Assembly: GCA_977030845.1 (NCBI GenBank)
Contig: OZ365109.1
Coordinates: 17,422,001 to 17,486,000 of the forward strand
Direction: 5' to 3'
DNA length: 64,000 bases
Source: Fimbriosthenelais zetlandica
Lineage: Eukaryota
How positions within the stretch are numbered: position 1 is the first letter of the stretch; the number at the start of each line of letters is the position of its first letter. Of this stretch, positions 1-12,344 are shown in pieces. A model generated the notes under the pieces. It was not told the origin of the DNA. It saw nothing but the letters and a program-made list of their open reading frames with translations, and did no database searches. Made by a program: the position numbers and the translations under genes.

Positions 1-3000
1 TATGTGCACATTATTCCAGGTGTATTGATCATCATCCGCAGCTAGGTACAAAGATAAAGGTAGAAACGGAGACTATGAAGGGAAGGAGTCGGAGCTTATA
101 TTGATCTGTTTGCTCCTCACGAAGGAAGTTTTAAATTCCGTGTAGACCCCATATTAAACACATCAATGCTACGAAGTAAAGTATTACTAATAATGCTTCC
201 ATATTTCTTCTCCCCCACTCAATAAATGTTCTTAAACAGAGCAACTTTTAATTAACTTTTCTGCTGTCTGCATGGTCTCGCAGTCCCCACATATGCTTGC
301 AGTCTGGCAGTGGGGCACAATACCTTTCTAATCTTTTTTTCAGACTAGTTAAGTATATATACGTTTTGCCTTCATTATAATGGGAAAATGTGATACACGA
401 TCAGTGCTTATAGAAAGACACACTATTATACTAGAGTATGTATTATAATATTTACGTGTAAAGAATGCCCTCGAGATTATAGCCATTTGGAAGAAAACTA
501 TGCATGAGAAACAAAAGCTTATCGTGAATGATATCTGAGGTGCAGGGTGTGAGAGATCATATACTCACGATCATGTTTACCTTATTTATGATAATGTATT
601 TTGCTTGTACTGCAGGGAATGAGGTGTCTTTGTTTAGTATACCACACAGACGCCTGGCCGGAGCATCGGTAAAGCAGCTAGATGATTAAAGGTGTTTATT
701 CAGTCGCAAGCCCCGAGCCTGGAACATGTCAGCTACGATCAGCCATAATATTGTGTTTAAGAGTAGCTGGAGAGCGTGCCCAGCAGGCCTAGAGACCTTC
801 TAACTAGAAGGAACACCGACCTCTCTTATACTGGAGATGGACAGATGCCAAGAATAGATCCATGCCACTGACCAGCGCATCCATTAAATCCTTATATACT
901 TTCTTTTGTTCTTAACACTTTAGTACCTTTATAAATGTGATATATAAGGCCTATATCTATGATCTAAATATGGTTGTGAATATATTCACAATCAAATGGA
1001 AATAACTTTGATGTCAAACAGGTGAAGCATAAATTTAGGCCTAGAAGAAGCATAAAGTACTTACATGCCAGTTATATTTGCTTTGCTTGTTTATTTTAAT
1101 AATCCAAGTGATTATCATTAATATTTGAATACAGGGAGCGCGAGAAAGGACCGGTAACCAAACAGAAAGTGGGCGAGCCTGGGGACACTTCTTCTTGGAC
1201 GAGGAACTTGATGATCTTGACACAGTGAATGGCCCTTCAAGCGTTGTTTGCTCGGTGGCTTCTCCAGCCACTGGCACTCAAGGATGGCTTACTTTGTCAT
1301 TTTGCTCTGGCATCCAGGAGCAGTATAGCTGAAGGAGGAAGAGGTGTTGGTTGGATGAGGGGAGGGTGAGAGCGGGGCTATAACAGATTACACGCGAGAT
1401 AGATGGCCCTCTCTACGATGCTAATGACAAAGCCTGTCGAGTAAGCCACTCTGGATCATTAAGTCCATATAGGCGAGTCCTGCCACCACCAGGCTGTATT
1501 GGACGGGGCCGAAATAACTGCATCGTTAAAAGTGGATTTGGCAGAGCCCCGCGCCAGCGGTCATCCAAAGCGAGTTGTTTTAAAGCTGTCGACATTGTAG
1601 GATTGTTTTTATGTATTTTCCAGGTCCCTATGTGAGTTGAATGTCAACCAAATGTTTGTTGGTCTCCGCAGCATTTCAAGCTATTTTACATACCGAGTAC
1701 AATTAATGGCCCTTATTCCCAATTTGGATACTGGGCATGAGATAGGCTTGTCCCAAGTGTCGTTAGAGCATCCTATAAGTGCCAGCATTATTGGCAATTA
1801 ATTGTTTGCGATGTTGAAAGTAGGTCCCCCGTGACGTGGTTTTCAAACGATTTAAAAGGAAAACATTCTGTAAATGCAGGATTCCGGTAATATAAAATTC
1901 AGTTCAAAAATTGAAAATGAAAGGGAAGGGGGAGGGAAAGCTTGAGTATTTGTAGTCATACATTATGTATGACTTGTATCATTGCTTCATTTTGGTATTC
2001 TTAAAGTTGGGCTTCATGTACCCATAGAAATGGGGGACTGAAAGTCCCAGACTTTACAATTTAGACCTAACGGTCTAAAATCTATTAATTGTTTTATCTT
2101 ATATACCACTATGTTATATCAACTGTGGTATTATAGGCCTGAAGTTCTGTATGCGTGTATATATACAGCCGATGTACAACATTCAATGTGCCGAGCTTTC
2201 ATTGAGGCATGTGGTGTGAATGACTCAAGCCATCAGCTACTCAGTTTATTGACCACAGTGTCTTTTACAGGAATTTCCCTTTCGTGTTCAGCCTCCGCTC
2301 CTCCAGTGGTGTACTAATGGCTTCAGCACACAAACATCATTACCTGGCCACAATGAAGCCGCATTATATACCAACACTGCAGAATTTTCCACTGTGTACC
2401 CCGGTAAATGTATATGGCTTCATAAACTAGATTCAACAATGTTTGTTTACAATTTATAGTCCACATACATACACTATTCACCAATAGTCTTGTCTTTTGT
2501 TGATCTGCCACCGACTATATGGTAATCTCGGTTCGACCGTAGACACTATAGAAGGGCAGGGAATGGCCATCTACATCCCTATTGACTTTGAAAGCACCTG
2601 CCGGTCCCTCTCCCCCCTACCTCTCTAAATGCATATCACATATTATCACACAAATGAGCCATTTCTATTCCATGCACAAAGGCTTATTTTTTTCTCTTTG
2701 CTTAAATAATATGGTATGGCAGTGTTAAGCGTAACGTTAATATCCTCAGCACAAAGTGGTTTGTTCTCTTGGTAGGTCCAGACCTTCTGAGAAAAATGGA
2801 AAGCATGGTTTAAATGTAGGCTCTTTGAATGATCATGTATTGCATAATGGAAGAGTGTCATATTTGCATTATATGAGAAGGGAAAATGGAGGCCTAATCG
2901 GTGGTATTGCCTTGTCGGCCGATCCATCATGTCTAGTGTACACAATGCAGGGTCAGTGTCAATGAGGCTTACTGAGAGCAAAGCGGCCTACCGCAAGAAC

Positions 3001-6000
3001 GTGCCAGTGAGTGAGAACGAGACAGGACGGCACAAACTGATGACGTCACAATCAGGATGCCCCTTTTCTGATGACGACATGGGCCGCCTTGTCGGGACGC
3101 GAATGAGCTGCCACACGTGTGTCAAACTGCCTGTCAATATTTGGCTAGTGATGGCCATGTAGTTTTTACTGCGCTGTTTTTTCCATACACATATCATGTA
3201 GGAATTCTGCCCGCGCTGTCAACGGCCATGCGTACCTCATGCATAGTGAAAGCGAGTTGATGGGAGCAGTGGGGGAGGTTATTTGCCTGCCTAATGATAC
3301 CGGGCCTAGGTGGAACAGTAATTGTTCACTCTCACAGCACCGATAATACACGGCCCAAGTGATCCACACTTTTGTGCTCCAAGCCTTCACAAAACCGTTC
3401 CCTATCACAGCTTTAACCGCGGTTTGTGTTGATTACTTGGTTTGCGTGATAAGCTAAAATACATTAATATTGGTTCCCTGTTTTCCAATTGAAACAGCCA
3501 CTCCATTTATCAAACAGGAGCATTTTAGAAAGAACTGCCATTCGTAAAAGTGCAGTCACATGTTTTCGTTTTTACACGAATCTGAGAAATGAATAATGTT
3601 TGGATTTGCAATGGTGTCTCTCAATGGACGTGGTTGTGTCGTTGTTTCCATTTCCTGTAGCCTCATACAGTACGATAGGCCTGTAGACCTATACATTATA
3701 GGCTAGCACTTTTCCTAAAGTAGATTTCCCTTCATTTTTTGAACTAGCTTACGCAATTTCCATTGCTATAGATTGATGTCACGTGTAAAATTAAAGTTTA
3801 ACATTGCCCTCTCATTGGTTAGACCTGAGCCTGAGAAGTCATGGCTTCTTTTATGGCTTCATCAATAAAATATCCATGCCACATTTTAAATTACTGTGCA
3901 TCCATATATAGGTCTATAAAAATGAAACCTTAATTCTAATGGCAAATATCAGTTCAAATATAGAGTAGTTAAACACTTAGTAATATTGTAATTAGGCCCC
4001 AGGCCTTTTATTTTTAGTTTAATCTCTTTCTCGAATGGTTTATCACTTTGTGACCACAGACACCTTCAGAACCTCTGACGACACACAGGTTATATTTCAC
4101 TATTTACACAAATAAGTGCCACCTAGGTGCAACATAGCTACCAGCTTCACACCATAACATGTTGATGGCTGGAGACTGTGGCAGCAAGAGACCCATCTCA
4201 TTCCAATAAACCCAGCCTTGATCGTCCGGGTTGCCGCCAAGGCAAACATTTGCATATTTATTATATGTGTTTGCATATGGCTGCCCCTCAAGGTACCGGT
4301 GTTAAAGCCACTGCCTATCTTGCATGCAGATAGCTTTGTGGCCCAGAAGACGGGATTAACAGCTGCTTCCGTTTGACCGTTCATGCAAATACTATAGTGG
4401 GAAAATACTGAATATGAACATAGGAATGTGGATGCTGAAATATATATATATCAAAGCAGCGTGTGCTGTTTGTTCGCATTTGAATACAAAGGATTCAGTG
4501 AATTCATGTTGTGAGTAATAAAGAAAATAATTCTTTATTCAATAAGCCCTGGAGAAGAAACTCGATTGTGTTTGTTTGGCTTCCACTTTAATTGCTTCTG
4601 TAAGCCCTTAAGTCTTGGCGATAGGAACACATAAATGAGGAGATTTATAACATTATTGCTTTAAAGGGACGCAGGCATTGCCCATCACTCTCGCTTGAAT
4701 CAGATTGCATTATATCTATACCCATCATATCAAAGTGCTTGACAGAACATTTTGAACACTGATGGCTTTAAAGAAAAGGAAGCGTGTGAATATCTGATTT
4801 GCTTCAATACGCCAGTCCTGGCAATGTTTATTCTTATTTCCCTCCGCAACACTTGTTCCATCTGCCCTGGAATGCCTGGAGTATTTGCGGAAGGCATTTA
4901 AGGAACCGTCAACGTTGATTAAACAAAATAAGCCTTCTTGATTTATAGCTTGTGTTTTGTGCCTATGGCGTTGCATGTAATCGATACTGGTGCTAGGGTT
5001 GCTCCGACGGGCCCCAAGCCATCTCCAGGTGAAGCCCAATCTCCCATCAGTAGAAGCACTTTCTGCATTAAAATGTGAATGTTACAGACTGGAAGCCAGC
5101 CTTCCTTTGGCAGGTCAATCCAGACCTTATGGGTTTTATGCATGTATTCATGAGACTGGCCCGCCTTGAACAACCTTATATCCGAAGCTTTGACAGATTG
5201 TCCATTGACCAAGATGGCCATACTTTAATTTAACAGTTCAACACATTTTTCACACGCCTCTGCAACCAGGCAATAGATCGGCATTGCTTCTATAAGGCAG
5301 CTGTTAAAGCTATACTGGTTTACAATGTCCTCAATAATATATTTTTCTTTTGCAATTATTGACTGATGCTGTTTTCTCTTGAATGTTTGTGCCTCCTGTG
5401 AGGTGCCTATCGATACACAATTTGTGTAGAGATTTCCGGGGGTACTGGCCATGTCTTGTAGCGAGGAAGCCATTTCCTGGCACTGCTTGACACGTCAATG
5501 TGTTTGGAGAGAGGAGAAGGGGGCTGAGGGGTGGTGGGAGAAAGAGGGAACAGGGCGAGGCCGTCAGGTGCAGGAAGGCAGGAGGCGGAGGAGTTGGGGG
5601 CCAAGCCCTGCACCTCTTCCTCCTAATCCAATACACTAAGATGGATGGCGCTCCGGATTGGATTATCAGAATTGAATGTTGTCATAATTGACTTTTGTTT
5701 ATCAATATTTGCGTCGGTCAGGGCGGGCTTGGCTTGCCCGGACGTCGCTGAGAGATAGCTGCAGGTCTTTCTCTCACTGCCTTGAATGCATCACACGCGA
5801 CCCAACCACTTCTCTCTCTCTATCTCACTCCGGGGTGGGGCCCCGGCAAGCATATGGTCCTCACTGGCTGTCTATTGTTGCTATTCTCTAACTAAACACG
5901 CTCTGTGCAAATGGCCAAAGGCCTCAGCTGCGAGGGCATTCTTTATGTTCCTTTTCACAGAAGGAACCGATCTCTGTAAGAGTGTGGAAGCTTTTGCCAG

Positions 6001-7609
6001 AAGCCACGACCAGCTTTAGCAGATGGCTTCGTGGCGTGGAAGGTAATGACTAATATTGTAGAAAGACAACAACGCGGGGGAAATAAATGAAATATGCAAA
6101 AATAATCATTTGGTTCCTTAAGAGATTTCACTATAGATGACTGGGCCTTATTTTTCAATTTGAATCAAAGTCAAGAGATTTCATCTCTAATCAGTTTTTC
6201 GTGTTGTCCATGCATGAATAAAGTTATTTTTAAATTTAAAGATAAGCTTGACAGCGCACTTCTTCTCTTATACCTTGTTCCCTCCTTGTAATCATTAATA
6301 CTACTCTACATCAAGTCACTTGTTTTCGATTAAAGACTCATAGAGATGAATTGATGTCCACTCAAAGAGGCTAAGGGAATCAACAAGCTAACGGTCAGTG
6401 ATGGGCTTACTGGCTCCATTAATGCCCCGGTTGATGCCTTACTGATGGGTATTTACAAGTCTTAATGTAACAAGTGCTACAAAGGTTGAATTAAAATATT
6501 TGCATGTTATAACATGGACTTCCATTGGGGTCATGACCTCAATCGATTGATTGTTTCACGAGACAAGTATACATTTCTCGAAGTATGGAAACGAGTTTAC
6601 AATTAACATTAAATTTTGTATTTGCATATCATTTGCATATTATCAGGTCTATAATCATAACAACAATTTCCGTTCAAGCAAGGTCAAACTAAAGGGAGCA
6701 TGTAAACAAATCAGCAATGCGTTTTTGAGAGAGATGGGACAAAGTACATTTAATTACATTGGAGATTGTGACCTTCTGATCCACGCGATCCTGTAATTTC
6801 CCAATGGTCACTTTTTGCCTGAGGATCCAAGTGGTCAGTGTTGATAATAGAGACTCATGCAATAACTGACCATAGCCCCTATATAGTCTCTAATCGAATT
6901 TTTATTAATATGCATAATTAATATTAACAATTTTTCAATGCAAAATATTATAATCATAACACATGTAGAATTTCTCATCATAAGTCATCTTTATTATAAT
7001 ATAAACGGGTTGCATGTGGGATGTAAGGACGTTATAGGAGGTGGGTGGGTGTGAATGATTAAAACAGCCTGCCATATGCATGGTTGATTCACCAAGGAGC
7101 ATGCTTTGTAGTTCAATTATTTGTTCTCAGGCAGTTAGAATTTATGGCCTGCAAAGCCCAGTGAGTGTATGGAAGCTATAGAGCGACATGGCGAATGTAG
7201 TCCAGAAATAAATAATACAATAACTTGCAGGGTGTGAAGTCGTGGGCCTTTGCCAAAATACCAATACACACCTCGTGAATAACATCAATAATTGCCTCGG
7301 TAAATGTTTGATAGGCACAGAGTGTATACATTTATAGCCTCTTTGCTATTAGAAATTTACTGGTCTGAATACACGTTATTGACTCATTTAGTTGCTTTTC
7401 TTTCTTTTTTTTGGCGTTTTTCTCGACTCAGAATCCCACGGTACTTTTCAATGACATCCAAATATAAACTAATTAGGATGGTAGTCTTGAATTTAGGCTA
7501 TAATGTTACTTTATGATATTGGTTTGATCCTTGCCGACATTCACTAACAAATGAATGTCGTCTGGCCAAATGTTGACCGCCGTTTGACCTTGACCCCGGG
7601 CTAACAAAG

Positions 7610-7810
7610 GTCGGTGCGCACGCGTGGAAGCTCAGTGTTGAATCATGACATCATGGCTACATTATGTCCATACCCTGTCTCTCACACAGATTCTACGATC
7701 ATGAAACCTCGACCGTAACCCGAACGAAATCTTTCTTACGCTGTGCCCTGTGGTTAAGGGGACCGGAAGTTCGCGATCTAGATGTCCTCAACGAACAAAT
7801 ATGGCGGTGT
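7610..7810. promoter_or_regulatory. Candidate promoter-like motif cluster
   Basis: NRF1-like TGCGCACGCG 7615-7624, ETS ACCGGAAGT 7762-7770 and YY1-like AAATATGGCGG 7797-7807 lie in a CpG-containing patch. Confidence 0.3.
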
Positions 7811-8752
7811 CGTGGAACGTTTCGTTGTGAGGGATCCACAGAAACTGTACCTCATTGAGTTGTTGATATATGGCCTGTGGCCATGTATTCAACATATTGG
7901 CTTCTGAGTTGTCCCATGGTCTATATTACTGGGTGGTCGTTGGTCTCATTGTCAAGGTCCACCATGCATGTATACGTATATGTATACGTCTAGAAAATAT
8001 AATATTGCATATAGCTTAATATTGCAATTGCATACTTTTCAAATTTACTTATCAATTACAGAATAAATTTCCTACGCATTTTTTATCTTTCCCAAAAGTT
8101 GGGTTCATTTATGAAGTTGATAAGCCATGTCTGAGTACACATGGATATATGTATATGGTTCGAAAAAGAACTGTCAAATAGAATAGATGGCAATGGATGC
8201 AAAAATAATAAGATGTCAAGTAAATCGACCAGACAGTGATACATATATACCCGATCCTTCATTTCTCTTGTTAGAAACGTGGCACGAGTGTGGGTTTTCA
8301 ATGCCCTAAAACGTCTCCCGAGTCAGTTTAATGCGTAAATAATGCAGGAGGGCAGTTTGATTTATAGATCACGGGCCTTACCCCCAAACATTGCAGAGCT
8401 AATTACACAAACATAGCCATATTGAAAAGCTACAAAGATGAATGAGGAAGCGGACAATGCCTTCACACCCGACTAGATATTTGGGGAGAGAATATCTAGC
8501 GGGAGAACCACGCCCACGACGGGATGAACTTGATCAATTAATCACTGGGGGGAGAACAGATATCAGTGATAATCCATCAATAATTCAAACCCAAACCAGA
8601 CCTTTTTATATCATAGAACATGATAGGACATTACACGCACCCGTCTTATATAGTACGAGTTTTCCTATTCCACGAGACAATGGAAAAACAAGGGGTCTGT
8701 TTTTTAATGATCCGCTTCTATGAAATAAATTTGCAATACATGTATATACCAG

Positions 8753-8815
8753 GCCTGTTTCAGAACAACCATTAGCAATGCTAAATCTATGGGAAATTTT
8801 TACACTGAAACAGGC
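8753..8815. mobile_element. 63-bp mini-MITE, family 'GCCTGTTTCA', type A copy
   Basis: 11-bp TIRs GCCTGTTTCAG/CTGAAACAGGC around the core TTAGCAATGCTAAATCTATGG. Near-identical to 37295-37357. Confidence 0.7.
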
Positions 8816-11800
8816 ATACACGTGGTTGCAATCGTCTCTGAGAATAAAATAACCCATGGTATGGACCTACATGTATATCATATACATGTAGCTATATAGT
8901 CAATGTGATTTTTCAAGCAGGGACACTTGTTTGAAATTCGAATAGTACATTTCGATATTTCCTTTAACATGCGACACAGCCTGTAATTCAAAGAGGATTT
9001 GCGAAATGTGAAATTGGCATAAACGAAATCGCACCCATGTATACAAGGCCTACACCCTTTCAAAAGCGGGCCCCAGAAGTGGGCTTTGTGAAAAGTAGGC
9101 GAGTTTTTACCATAGAATCTGTCCCGCACCTCATTTTCTCCAGGGGCTTGGTCGTGTATATGTCCATATAAATAGCCTTTGCTGCTCATGCTTCGGTTCT
9201 ATTGGTATAGCTTCCATTCAACAGGGTAAATATTATGCATGGGCCCAGTGCTGTGTCATTACTTTTACCATGCCTTGTTGTTCACTGTCACATACATTAT
9301 GCCTCGCTGCTCCGGAGAAAGGAACACATTTTCACCAGTGGATCGCCCGGGCGGATCACAAAATGCTCACATGGGCAACACATATTTCAAGGCCTGTTTA
9401 TAGATAAAAGCCATACAGGTGTGAGATAACATGAATATTTATGGTACATATCGGGAAAGCAGGGGCCTGTTGACAATCCACTCAACCAAGAACATCTAAA
9501 CATAACACAACAGAAGCCATGCCTGTAACAATAACGATTATGATACAATGATTAATTTCCCCAGCCCATTGAGGTACATGAAGGCTCTAATTTATGACTT
9601 ATGGCATTATTGTTCCACTCACTTTCACTTGTATGATTCCACATGATGGAGGGAACAACCACATATCGATTACTCATCTGGAACTGAACAATGTAAATTG
9701 ACTCCAATAATGCATGCATTATTTTATTGAACAATGCGTTCACAAGGGCCATTGCAAAGCACGCTCTTTCCCCTCCCCTCTTTGCAGTGGTCTGGTCATT
9801 GGAAGGCAATGCAAATACCACTTGTCAATATTAAGCGAGAAATATGTGTATTTCATTTGTCATTTCCACTTCATTTGACATCACATTATTAGTGCCCTTT
9901 TGCGCATTCTGCGAGGTTAAAATGAGTGGGATGACTGGTCAACTGGTGTCCTAGTATACTGGATATTGGTATCTCAACTCTCTCACCTCTGTGGCTTGGG
10001 TGGGTGATGGAAGGGCCTGCCTAAAGATGATGAACTGTTAGCGCCTGTATCTTTCTCGCCCCAGTCTCTATTGCTCTTTTGTTTGACACTGCTCCCGTGG
10101 CTTGTCAACCTCCTCCCTCGCCCCCTCTGAACACGTCTTCACAATAGATGTATTCTCTGGCCCAGCCCCGTGGCTATGGCCTGGGACTCCCGGGTGGTTG
10201 GAGGTGGGTCACAAGCTTATTTTATATATACGGTATATGGGTCTTCGATACACTATCCCAAGAAGGGACAACTCCCATTCACTCTATGTACACCGACTCT
10301 TTCCCGCCCCTCCTTCATTGTACTTTAGACCCAATCAACAGTAAACTTGTACTAACTACAAGAAAATAAGCTCCTGGCGAGTCAAGGAGCTATTCAACTG
10401 TTAACTGCTACTACGGTGATAAAAGAGAAATTAGCTTTCATATGCATATATCGCCAGGTAAGTTTACTCATATAGATTGTATTTGAAGGGCAATATAGCA
10501 GATGCAGGTGTGTAAAAGGTTCGCGAAGATCGTGGGAAAATTCTAAGGACAATATAGCCTTAATGAGCTTGATTATTTAGAGAAAGTTGAGGTGCATTTA
10601 GTGCAGACACATTTTCAGAAACTTGACATTTCAACTCGTGGAAATGCATTTGATTTGAAAGGCTAAAAAGTTCAGCTCTTTGTTATTTTTTTTAAATGAA
10701 ATGTTTGCCGTCAAAGGCTACTTTGTTGCGTCCTAAAAATATTGATTGGTCTTTGATGATCTTCAGTAAATGTTTTTCTTCTGAATGGGGTTTTCTTCTT
10801 TGTGTCCCTAATCGCGTTAGCAATCTGAGAATTAAACGTCCACTCCTTTTAATCGCTCGGAAATTCGGAAAATCCTCTCAGTAGATTTGACTTTGACGCG
10901 TCCACTCTGTGAGAATGAAATATTAGTACCAATCGCAACAACCGCGCGATGAATGGTATTTGACCACAAATCGTTTAAATTGCTGACAGATTTCTTTCCT
11001 CCTAAAAAGCCAAATAATCTCTGTAACCGCTTTCCTTCATTAGACTGGTGACAATGAAGACAGATTCTGATGAATTCCTCGCTTAAATTCCCAGCCTTCG
11101 ACCAGCAAACCCAAACTTGATCGATGGCTGCGACCGCCCAGGAAGACACTTCACGTGGCTTACCAGATTTGAAGCCAACCCTGTAATGAATGTGTCATTC
11201 ATTATTATCAGTCATACATTTTGAATGGGATTTTCCGAACCGAATCTGCAATTATGTATACATTCCACACATGCAAATAAGTTTTGTAAGCAAAGTAATC
11301 ACTCAAGCCAATACATTCTTGTCTATAGATATGTCTCTCAATATTTTTTCTCTGTCAAGTTAGTCATCATTCCAATGTTGCCATAAAGAAACCACGGGTT
11401 ATCAATGAGGATTTTTTCATTGAGTCCCTCAGGTGTTGTGTCTTTAGGCCTATATGGTTCCTTTTCAATTTTCTCCATTAAACGCATGGGTAAAATCTAT
11501 TTGAGATTCCTTTATGAACTCTTGAGTATACTTCCATGCATAATATATCTTAATTGATGCATCAAATCATCAAGTAGATTTGATACATATGGATTATGTA
11601 CACGGCCTATTATACACTGGTGTATCACCCACCTCAATTTTCCACACTTTTTAACATGCATTACCATCACCATTGAAGCTACAGATGTCAATTGTAACAC
11701 GATATTAACTTCAGTTTCGCACCCCATGCAGGGCATGAATGGCGCGAAGCAACATGGCGAAATCCCCTAGCGATGGAAAATTTGTTTTATTGAATTTTGG

Positions 11801-12224
11801 AATCAGCGTGTGTCTTTTGAGCGTCCATATGAAACGCCTGAAAGTGGATACGCAACCATCCCCGCCCAGTGATATTTGCCGAGTGCGTGACCAAGCCTCT
11901 GATAGGAAATTGAATTACCTGTGATCTAAATGGATACTTCAGACACCCGCTGATCTAACATATGTCATAGTTTTATCCCTTTTGAAGACTTCTGTGAGGA
12001 AATAATGATATAGTCTCTAAAAACAGTTTTCTAGTGAATAGAAAGCCTAGGCTTAATAGGCCTAATCAACAAAATAGGTTATCATCTTTCTTCAGATATA
12101 ACATATATAGGCCAAAATATAATTCTGCATTGACAGATACATTTTCGGGATGGAAATCTAGGACCTATTTTACTCAGTATGTAGCCTATATTATTCAGTT
12201 TCGGGACCGTTCGGGACAGTTCAA

Positions 12225-12344
12225 GGACCTGTTTCAGAACAACCTTAGCAATGCTAAGTCTATGGAACATTTGTGCGCTGAAACAGGCCCAGGGAGCCTG
12301 TTTCAAAATGAATATTAGCCATAGACTTAGCATTGCTAATATTC
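12225..12344. mobile_element. Adjacent pair of mini-MITEs (type A + type B, inverted cores)
   Basis: An A copy ends in GAAACAGGCCC, followed by AGG, then a B copy begins GAGCCTGTTTCAAAA with core AATATTAGCCATAGACTTAGCATTGCTAATATT. Confidence 0.7.

Noticed and set aside
1150-1230. Minus-frame peptide VKIIKFLVQEEVSP resembling a mariner transposase N-terminus
   Set aside because: Similarity is limited to ~12 residues, with no downstream HTH or DDD sequence and no TIRs.
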